A stretch of 64,000 nucleotides of DNA. Source: Squalus acanthias (lineage: Eukaryota). Within the stretch, counting starts at the first letter, position 1. Every line of letters starts with the position of its first letter. The DNA is taken from positions 126,048,001-126,112,000 of the forward strand of contig CM059431.1 of assembly GCA_030390025.1 (NCBI GenBank). The letters run 5' to 3'. Positions 26,354 to 34,466 of this stretch are shown one piece after another. The position numbers were made by a program, and so were the translations under genes. Below the pieces are notes generated by a model. That model was not told where the DNA came from and made no database searches. It saw nothing but the letters and a program-made list of their open reading frames with translations.

Positions 26354-26834
26354 AAAATGGCCGCCGCACCGCGTGACAGAACATTCGAGACTTTTCGGCA
26401 GGCAGACAAGATGGCGTTCCAATAAACATTTTTGCAGGATCGATAACGATTCAGCACAGTGAAGACAATACACAGGACATTATGGGTTTACAGTATAAAC
26501 ATCGATACTGGGATCGGTCTCCCAGGTACAAAGGAAAGCCATCAAGGGCCCATCCAAAGGACATTAATATGTAAACTCCCAACGGCTCTACGATGAGAGA
26601 GCCGTTAGCAGGTAGTTATACAGGACACTTGGAAGCCCCAAACCCCTCCAGGGGGAACACCGACCGATTTGACAATGGGAGAAATATTAACAGGTACTCA
26701 AACATTCAGGAGTAGCCCCGAAACCCATTAAGGACAGAGATCACCCATACAGGACATTTTTTTGGGCGCCAAACCTTAAACAAAAGAATGGACATTGTAG
26801 TTGGGCGGGAAACGGAAGAACTGTGCACTATAAT
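26354..26834 (+). promoter_or_regulatory. Candidate LTR U3 promoter/enhancer
   Basis: YY1-like AAAATGGCCGCC (26354) and CAAGATGGCG (26407), CCAAT 26419, TATAAA 26494, GC box 26803, TATAAT 26829, recurring AGGACA motif. Confidence 0.5.
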
Positions 26835-27013
26835 TGCAGGCCCAAACCGTCCATTCGCTCTCTTGCCTCGTGTTCGTGACTCTTGCCGCTTGCTGCTGTT
26901 ATCATCGTGGCTGCTCCTGTGTTTTATCCGGTCGATTCGTAACCTCGTGGCTGCTCCTGGGTAAAAGACTGTTGCAAAGACCTATGTTGGTAGCTGGCAG
27001 CGGAACCAAAGGC

Positions 27014-27068
27014 CCGAGATGAGATGAGATGAGATGAGATGAGAGGAGATGAGAGGAGAAGAGAAGAA
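27014..27068 (+). repeat. (GAGAT)n/purine microsatellite inside the LTR (also at ~38020-38074)
   Basis: GAGATGAGATGAGATGAGATGAGATGAGAGGAGATGAGAGGAGAAGAGAAG. Confidence 0.9.
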
Positions 27069-27868
27069 GACCTTATCCATCGCCACGGTCAGTAAATCCC
27101 GACCGCGCCTGTAGGTCGATCAGCCAAGTCTTCTCGACAGGAAGTTTTCTTCTTTAACAAGACATATTGCATCGACGATAACTGGACTGTGCAAACACAT
27201 CGTATCAGCGATATTGACAACGGTGCTCCACCATACCCTGTATCCAACCAACAGAGGTCTTCACTACAGCGGACGGTCCAGCCGACTGACCGAGCAGCAG
27301 AAGCAGTAAACAAGTGGGACCAGGAGATCTCCTGACCAACACGTGGGTGCTGCGGTGAAAAACATCCGATCAGCTATTCGGGATTTTCTCCGAGTTATTA
27401 CGAGTGGTGAGCATGAGTCTCGGGATCCTACGAAGCTAGTTTTAGGATAGTTATTGATAGGGGAGGGTTGAAGTTTAAGGATATTTGTAATGTGTGCCCT
27501 ATTTACGTTGTGCTGGTCGTTCCTCGTTTCCCTAAGAGTGATTATAACTGGTTGTAAGATTGTACTGTCATTAATCTGTGCATATGACATGTATTTCATA
27601 ATTTTAAGTATCATGCAATAAAGATTTTCCATTTCGTACCGTTCAAACCAAGTCTACATGAGTTTTATCTCCATTACTGCTCTCGCATCTAAGTCCAGTG
27701 TCTAGAACCGTAAGGGAGAGTGATTCGAACCACTCACAGGGGTGTCTAGTGTTCCCAGACTGGCTGGAGACCAGGCCTAGACCCGCACTGACATACAGGC
27801 TGCACAGAGCCGCGTGAACCTCACAGGCCACGAGACACGCAGGGTCAGGAGAGTATCCCTTACAGAAA

Positions 27869-29680
27869 ATGGCGACCGCGGCAGGACACTGGCAGCGAGA
27901 GGGTAGTGTGTTAGATTTTGGAATGACTGTACGAAATGTGATGCAGGAAAAGATAGCGGATTACGTATTTGGAAAGGTTAATCTAACGAAAAAGTGGATA
28001 AGCGAACTGTTAGCGGATAAGAGCCCACTAGAGGCAGCTGAAAGGTGGACGGATAGTAAGGAGCATAAAAAGGCAGTTGAGAAAGCAGTCTGGCTTATGT
28101 GCTACAAAAGGCAGGTTCAGATTTCAAACCAGACCAATACAGCGCTAACCGCTCGAATCAAGCATCTAGAGGAGGAAATGGAGGAGAAGGTTTCTGGAGG
28201 GGAGGTGCTCATTAAGAGTTTAAATGAGTTACGCCAGGAAAGCCAGGAAGTCTCCAGTTACCTTAAAACAAGGGTAGAGTATCTCGAGTGCCAGATCACT
28301 GAAGCAAAATTAAACGAGAGTAGGATGAAGGAAAGATGTAACCGTCAAGCTGCCCAGATAAGAACTCAAGAAGAGAGCTTAATGGGGGTTAGGTCGGCGT
28401 ATAAGTTGGCCCTTGAGGATAAGTTTCAGGGAGCCGACCATAGCGCCTGCGAAAAAGAGATAGAGAGCCTCAAAAAGGCCGTGAATAATGCGAACGGCAT
28501 GGTGTGCCTTATTAATCCGTCGGCACGCCAGCCGCTAGTAAATGAGAGATTTAGAAATTCCCCACCAAGTAAAGCAGAAGAAGTAGTAGCCACTGCGCCC
28601 TCCGCGCCACCCAGCTATTCAGAAACCTGGGTTAGGGAGGAAGCAACGGAAGAAGCGAAAGAGCCCGTTGAAAAAGAGGTAGAAAAGGGATCGTTGTATC
28701 CAGTAACGGGGATTAAAAGGGGCCCAAGCAGAAACGGTGGGGAAGAACCGGGGGATCTCCTCGGACAGCTGGTGTTGCCTCACAGTTCACATCAGCTGAG
28801 GGCTATGATAAACCACGTAAGGAAGCTGACCGAGATAGACGACCCTTCCGTACATTTTAGGGAAGTTGAGCAAGCCGCAGCCATCAACGGCTGCGATGAT
28901 GGGGAGACAGCAAAAATGCTGCTGTTCTCTTTAGATAGCTCGGTCCTTCAGTGTCTCTCAGGCGATAGCAAGAGGGGTAATAAAAGTTATGAGGAATTGA
29001 AAAATGAGGTCCTAGAAGTAGTGGGAGCGAACGACGGAGGTCCGTTTGCTAGAGTGGGACAGACAGTGCAGATGGAGGGAGAACCCCCGAAGGTTTTTGC
29101 CGACAGGCTGTGGCCAGTATATGAGCGCAGCTGTCTAGGTGCGCCCGAGCGCGAAGATGTGGAAGGCGCCGCTTTAATTCATTGGCTTAGGTGCATAATA
29201 GCCAACAGTTTACCAGCCGTTAGAGAGCAGGCAAAAGCCTGGTTCGATCCCAATGACCTCAACCTTACGGAAGAGTCGGTCTTGAATCGACTCACGTTAG
29301 GTTACCGTAACATAAGGGGTATGGCAACACGTCCCTTTAAGGGAAGAGTACATGAGGTACGACCCGCAGCCCCGGCTCAAAGAGAGTGGCATCAGGAGGG
29401 TAATCGCGCCCCACAGGCAAGTAATGCCTGTTACGGGTGTGGGAAGACAGGGCACTGGCGCAAGCACTGCAGGAACCCTTGGAAGGATTCCAAGGATAAA
29501 AATCCCGCGGTCCGAACCCAGGCGCCTGTCCCGGCTAAGGAAGCAAAGGCACCCACCTCTCCCGAAGACCTCGAGGCAGTGTTAGGAGTCATGCGCAAGA
29601 TGGTTTTGAATGCGCGTGGACAGGTGGCGGTCGCAACCGGCCCCGTAGGTGCCGCAGGACCGTCTAATAGTGCCCCATGA
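27869..29680 (+). CDS. gag: Gag polyprotein (603 aa): coiled-coil N-terminal region, PSAPPSY late domain, probable capsid, single CCHC knuckle
   Basis: Position after LTR/PBS; CYGCGKTGHWRKHC (29429-29470). The true start could be a downstream Met. Confidence 0.92.
   Translation: MATAAGHWQREGSVLDFGMTVRNVMQEKIADYVFGKVNLTKKWISELLADKSPLEAAERWTDSKEHKKAVEKAVWLMCYKRQVQISNQTNTALTARIKHLEEEMEEKVSGGEVLIKSLNELRQESQEVSSYLKTRVEYLECQITEAKLNESRMKERCNRQAAQIRTQEESLMGVRSAYKLALEDKFQGADHSACEKEIESLKKAVNNANGMVCLINPSARQPLVNERFRNSPPSKAEEVVATAPSAPPSYSETWVREEATEEAKEPVEKEVEKGSLYPVTGIKRGPSRNGGEEPGDLLGQLVLPHSSHQLRAMINHVRKLTEIDDPSVHFREVEQAAAINGCDDGETAKMLLFSLDSSVLQCLSGDSKRGNKSYEELKNEVLEVVGANDGGPFARVGQTVQMEGEPPKVFADRLWPVYERSCLGAPEREDVEGAALIHWLRCIIANSLPAVREQAKAWFDPNDLNLTEESVLNRLTLGYRNIRGMATRPFKGRVHEVRPAAPAQREWHQEGNRAPQASNACYGCGKTGHWRKHCRNPWKDSKDKNPAVRTQAPVPAKEAKAPTSPEDLEAVLGVMRKMVLNARGQVAVATGPVGAAGPSNSAP
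27870..27887 (+). other. Primer-binding site, tRNA-Arg(TCG)
   Basis: TGGCGACCGCGGCAGGAC is complementary to ..GTCCTGCCGCGGTCG-CCA, the vertebrate tRNA-Arg(TCG) 3' end as I recall it; lies 5 nt (GAAAA) after the LTR. Confidence 0.85.
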
Positions 29681-32600
29681 CTAGAACCAGCACAGCCCGT
29701 CTACCTGTGTCCGCTCAGCTATGATGCGTGGAGGCGACCTGTGGTGGAGATGGAGGTAGAGAAACAAAAGGGCAGTTATTTGTTGGACACGGGAGCTTCT
29801 TGCACCATAATCCATACAGATGACCCTTTTGACTCGCCGCTATCTACCAAGGTCCCATTCACGCTAGCAGGGTTCACAGGGAAAGAACAGGCTGGCACGT
29901 TTTCCCTCCCGCTATCCATTCGTTTAGGGACACTTCGCCTTAAGTGGAAGTGTATGCTAATGGCATGGCAAAAGGGGGGTGGAAGAGGTATTCTCGGGTC
30001 CGATCTGCTAGCGGGACACGGGATCCTCGTGGACCTCAGAAATCACTGTCTCTGGGGGGCTAAAGGGGAAAAAGGCGAGGTAATGGTAATTCAAGGGGAG
30101 GAAGAAACAGGGGTCCTGTGTACCGTACAGCCATCCGGAGGCTACGACCTCAGGCTTATGGTCGCAGATGTCCCAACGGACATGCAAACGTACGTGACAG
30201 ATAATATGCACGCGTTTGCAACCCACAAGCACGATTGTGGGAGGGTGGTCGGGTTTGAGGTCAGCGTAGATGGGGACCCCATGACCCGACCCCAAAAGCA
30301 GTATAACTTCCCCAAAGAAGCAGAACCCGATATGGAGGCAGCAATGTCTTCCTTGGTGCAGCAGGGCGTGTTGAGGCCGATAGCCACACACGTGAACTCC
30401 CCATTATGGCCGGTTAGGAAGCCGGATAATTCGTGGAGAGCCACGGTGGACTACAGAGTCCTTAACAGTAACATCCCCGCCTGCGCGCCCACAGTAGCAG
30501 CAGTTGCTGACCTAATAGGGAGCATCCCAGCGTCCGCGACCACGTTCACGGTGCTGGATATCTCGAACGGTTTTTGGTCCATCCCGCTGCGGCGAGAGGA
30601 CCAGTACAAGTTTGCCTTTACGTTTAAAGGGCAACAGTACACGTGGAACTGCTTGCCACAAGGTTTCCACAATAGCCCCAGTATTTTTCACCAGTGTATG
30701 GCAGGAAGTTTAAAGGAGTTTAGTCAGCCCAATCAGATAGTACAGTATGTGGATGATTTGCTCCTATTTACGGACTCAAGGGAGGAGCACGGACCACTGC
30801 TGGACGAGTTATTGGAGCTGTTAGCGAGAAAGGGTTTTAAAGTAAACCCAAAGAAAGCACGTATCGGTCAGCAGGAAGTAAAATTCCTGGGACTGACCCT
30901 ACGCGCTGGGGAAAGAGCCATAGACAAAGCAAGGAGGGAGTCGGTACAAGAATTACCGATTCCCAACAACGTAAGGGGTGTGAGGTCCTTCTTGGGACTG
31001 ACCGGTTACTGCAGGGATTTTATCGAGGATTATGCGGCCACAGCGGCGCCGCTCCTCCGACTCCTCCATAAGGGAGTAGAGTGGCTTTGGGACGAGGGCT
31101 GCCAAGCAGCCTTCGAGAAGTTAAAAAGGGATCTGCAGACCGCGCCAGCCTTAGGGGCCATAGATGGGGGGAAGGAGTTTTTCCTGGAGGTAGCTGCCAG
31201 CGGAGACAGCTTAAGCGCCGTGCTGCTCCAAGAGCGTCACGGCAAGCTAAGGCCGGTTGTCTATTCATCCAGGGTATTAACGGATGTGGAGAGAAGTTTT
31301 TCCAATTGCGAAAGGCACCTTTTAGCCACGCATTGGGCTGTGAAAAGATCAGCGATCTTCACAGGGCTCTCTCCCATCACTCTCCTCACACATCACACAC
31401 CAACTAAGATGCTTCTGGATGGGAGGATTAAAGACGGGACCGTAAGCAGCGCACGCATTGCGCGTTGGACCCTTCTTCTCTCCCAGTTGGACATCAGAGT
31501 AAAAGGTCTTTGCGAGCCCAGGCTTGCGGCCAATTTGGTATACCCCGGTACAGCCCACCGGTGTTCGGTGGAGGGGGTGTGGGACGTCAACATAGGTTTA
31601 CGGGCCGGGATACATCCCACTGGGCGCGAGATTTATGTTGATGGGTCTAGCACAGTATCTGCTGGCGAGCGACTCACAGGGTGTGGAGTTTATGACCCTG
31701 CGGCAGACCTTGCCCTGGCGATCAAGCTCCCTAGCACCATGAGCGCGCAGCAGGCTGAGCTGTCTGCCGTGGTGTACGTGGTAACCCACCCAGACATTTT
31801 CCCAACCCCATACACGATTTGCTCGGACAGTATGTTCACCTGCAATTCGTGTACGGAATACCTGGCCATTTGGTCCCGCCGTGGATACACCTCCGCGGAC
31901 GGGCGACCTTTAACGGTAAAGCCCTTGCTGGAGAAGATCTTAGCAGCAGCAGTAGGGGAGGAAGGGGAGATTTTCATCCATAAGGTGAAAGCTCACTCCT
32001 CCACAGAGCCCCGTGGGGAGGGCAACCGGCAGGCGGATGCGCTAGCCAGGGAGGGTGCCCGCGACGGTACTTTCTGGAACCCCTATAGAACCGGACCCAT
32101 AGCAGCGGTCCGAGGTGGGGACGGGAATACCGGGAACACCAGGGTAGCATTGCCCCTAGACCTCAAGACCGTCCAAGCCCAGGATCCCGCCCTAAAAGCA
32201 GTCCTAAAAACGATTGCTGAGGGGAGGCAGGTAGAAGGTCCGTACAGTACGGCAACCCTCTCAGTTAAGGAAGGCATGCTGTTCCGCGAGGAGCAGTGGG
32301 TTGTGCCGCAGCAGCACAGGAGGGAATTCCTCCAGTTGGCTCACGAGGGACCAGGGGCAGGGCACCCCGGGCCCGAGGTTACCTGGCAACGGGTAGAGCA
32401 AGCGGGATGGTGGCCAGGGCTCAGGGAACAAGTCCGCGAGTTCTGTGCAAACTGTCTTGTGTGCGCTGCAAACAACCCAGACCCCCAGAAAAGGAAGGTG
32501 CCCATGGGACACGTAAGAAGGGTAGAGGGACCATGGCAGTCGATACAGATCGACTATATAGGACCCCTGCCCACCACCCAGGGAGGTTATAAGTACTGCC

Positions 32601-34183
32601 TCGTCCTGGTGGATGTGTTTTCCAAGTGGGTGGAAGCCTTCCCTTGTCGAACAGCTACGGCACTGGGTACAGCAAAAATCTTGGTCCGGGAAGTGTTCTC
32701 GCGGTGGGGACTCCCCCGTTTCGTGGAGTCAGACCAAGGGAGTCATTTCACCGGCCAGGTGATGCAGAACACCCTCATGCTTTTGGGCATTGAAGGGAAG
32801 TGGCACGTAGCACACAATCCCCAGTCATCCGGGATTGTTGAACGTATGAACCGGACCCTGAAGGAGAAATTGAGGAAAGAGACTAGGAACTCGCCCCAAA
32901 AGTGGGCGGAAGTTCTGCCTTTAGTCCTCATGGGGGTCCGGGCCAGTCAGTCAAAAAGTACGGGGTACTCCCCGCACGAGGTAATGACCGGCAGGCTCAT
33001 GCGAACCCCCACCCATGTGCTAGCCCCGGTGCTCACTGAGGGTCAGCTTCAAGAGATCAGCAGGGACAAGTTCGCCCAAACTCTCTTGGAGCGCCTGAAG
33101 CAAGTTTATGAGCAGGCGGCTGGGAACATGGGAAGGCAGCACCAGGGCAATCGCTTGTTGCTGGAACCCCGCAAAACGCGGGAGTGGGAAGTAGGAGACC
33201 AGGTCATGGTCAGAAACTACGCCAGAGTAGGGAGTCTGGAACCACTGTATATGGGACCCTACAACATTGTAGACAAGGCGAGTCCCATGGTTTACGCCGT
33301 AAAAGTACCTCGGCGCACTAAGTGGTTCCACATAAACCAATGTAAACTGTACCAGCCGGGTGCGCAAGGGAAAACTACAGGGGTAAATCCCGCCAATGGG
33401 AAAACACAGCCCCAGGTAGGACCACAAGGCACACAGGCAGGCGTAGCAGCTTGCATCAGGGGAAGGGACATCCCGGACGATCATGCAGCGTTTTTCTGGA
33501 GTTGGGGGTTAGATGACGAGGACCCCAGGGTACCCTGGTCAGATGAGGATAGTGCAGATGAGCATAGTGATGATGACGGGTGGTTTCAGAGGAACGGTCT
33601 GGAAGGATTGGGGCCGCTAGGTAGAGATCCATACGGGGTGGACACACAAGCTGCAGGTCCCGACAGCAGGAGGAAGGAGCTAGAGGAGGCCGGACCAGCC
33701 GCTATGTGGTTCCCAGAGGTGTGGCCGCCCGCTTTGAACGTCCAGTCCTCAGGGGAGGCAGAGTTCGCGAGTGAAGGGCCGCCTGCTGGGCCGAGCAGGG
33801 CGGGGCCCCGAACTGCCAGCCCCGAGGTTAGGGAGGCGGAGTCAGCGGAGGCGGGGCTGGCGCCTGTGATGGAACCCCAGGTCATCCCGTTGAAGGTCTC
33901 GGGACCCGGTCCGTCCGTCACGGAGCCCCCGCCCATAGCAATTCCCCGTAGGTCAAGCAGAGTACCCCAGCCCAGGAAGACGTGGTCAGGTCCACAGGCT
34001 GCCCCAGGGCGTAAGTTTCAGGTTAAGATAACCCGGGTAGAGACAGGCCACATCGAAGCAGTAACAGGCTGCGGCAGATCAGAGGAAAGGGTCAGCGCAG
34101 CAACAGGCTGCGGCAGATCAGAGGGAAGGGTCAGTGCCCTCCCACCGTCGGGAAGAGCTCGCAGCAGCCTTCTCAGGATTTAA
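29681..34183 (+). CDS. pol: Pol polyprotein: PR-RT-tether-RNase H-IN plus C-terminal extension; in-frame with gag
   Basis: LLDTGAS (PR); LPQGFHNSP and YVDD (RT); YVDGS..AQQAEL..SDS..GNRQAD (RNase H); HHCC and D,D(35)E; GPY motif. Frame is open from 29681. Confidence 0.96.
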   Translation, partial: LEPAQPVYLCPLSYDAWRRPVVEMEVEKQKGSYLLDTGASCTIIHTDDPFDSPLSTKVPFTLAGFTGKEQAGTFSLPLSIRLGTLRLKWKCMLMAWQKGGGRGILGSDLLAGHGILVDLRNHCLWGAKGEKGEVMVIQGEEETGVLCTVQPSGGYDLRLMVADVPTDMQTYVTDNMHAFATHKHDCGRVVGFEVSVDGDPMTRPQKQYNFPKEAEPDMEAAMSSLVQQGVLRPIATHVNSPLWPVRKPDNSWRATVDYRVLNSNIPACAPTVAAVADLIGSIPASATTFTVLDISNGFWSIPLRREDQYKFAFTFKGQQYTWNCLPQGFHNSPSIFHQCMAGSLKEFSQPNQIVQYVDDLLLFTDSREEHGPLLDELLELLARKGFKVNPKKARIGQQEVKFLGLTLRAGERAIDKARRESVQELPIPNNVRGVRSFLGLTGYCRDFIEDYAATAAPLLRLLHKGVEWLWDEGCQAAFEKLKRDLQTAPALGAIDGGKEFFLEVAASGDSLSAVLLQERHGKLRPVVYSSRVLTDVERSFSNCERHLLATHWAVKRSAIFTGLSPITLLTHHTPTKMLLDGRIKDGTVSSARIARWTLLLSQLDIRVKGLCEPRLAANLVYPGTAHRCSVEGVWDVNIGLRAGIHPTGREIYVDGSSTVSAGERLTGCGVYDPAADLALAIKLPSTMSAQQAELSAVVYVVTHPDIFPTPYTICSDSMFTCNSCTEYLAIWSRRGYTSADGRPLTVKPLLEKILAAAVGEEGEIFIHKVKAHSSTEPRGEGNRQADALAREGARDGTFWNPYRTGPIAAVRGGDGNTGNTRVALPLDLKTVQAQDPALKAVLKTIAEGRQVEGPYSTATLSVKEGMLFREEQWVVPQQHRREFLQLAHEGPGAGHPGPEVTWQRVEQAGWWPGLREQVREFCANCLVCAANNPDPQKRKVPMGHVRRVEGPWQSIQIDYIGPLPTTQGGYKYCLVLVDVFSKWVEAFPCRTATALGTAKILVREVFSRWGLPRFVESDQGSHFTGQVMQNTLMLLGIEGKWHVAHNPQSSGIVERMNRTLKEKLRKETRNSPQKWAEVLPLVLMGVRASQSKSTGYSPHEVMTGRLMRTPTHVLAPVLTEGQLQEISRDKFAQTLLERLKQVYEQAAGNMGRQHQGNRLLLEPRKTREWEVGDQVMVRNYARVGSLEPLYMGPYNIVDKASPMVYAVKVPRRTKWFHINQCKLYQPGAQGKTTGVNPANGKTQPQVGPQGTQAGVAACIRGRDIPDDHAAFFWSWGLDDEDPRVPWSDEDSADEHSDDDGWFQRNGLEGLGPLGRDPYGVDTQAAGPDSRRKELEEAGPAAMWFPEVWPPALNVQSSGEAEFASEGPPAGPSRAGPRTASPEVREAESAEAGLAPVMEPQVIPLKVSGPGPSVTEPPPIAIPRRSSRVPQPRKTWSGPQAAPGRKFQVKITRVETGHIEAVTGCGRSEERVSAATGCGRSEGRVSALPPSGRARSSLLRI

Positions 34184-34466
34184 AGGGGCCGCCCTGAGAA
34201 CGGGCGGCATTGTAAAGTTATTAGTTTAAGGTTTTAAGTTTTAGTTTAAAGTTTTAAGTAGTTTTAATAAGTTTAAGTTTGTAGTGTTTTTAACAGATAA
34301 CGACAAATGATGGGAGTTTTAAGGCTAGGTTTAGAGGAAGTCTATTTAGCAAACGTTGAAGTTTACGTGAGGCGAGGTCAGGGGACCCGCTCACCCGTCA
34401 CAAAAGCCAGAGACTTTTTGCGAGGCTGGCTACCTCATTCTATCTGATCACAGGAACCAAGGAAGG

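Larger units (their letters stand above)
26236..27864 (+). repeat. 5' LTR (1629 bp)
   Basis: Direct repeat of 37243-38870; begins TG, ends CA. Confidence 0.97.

Noticed and set aside
26421..26426. AATAAA in U3 as the proviral poly(A) signal
   Set aside because: Lies upstream of both TATA candidates, so it cannot define R; overlaps a CCAAT box
26834..27831. Short ORFs within the LTRs (repeated at 37840-38837) as accessory genes
   Set aside because: 62-122 aa, mostly antisense or non-ATG, no recognisable motifs; their duplication just reflects LTR identity
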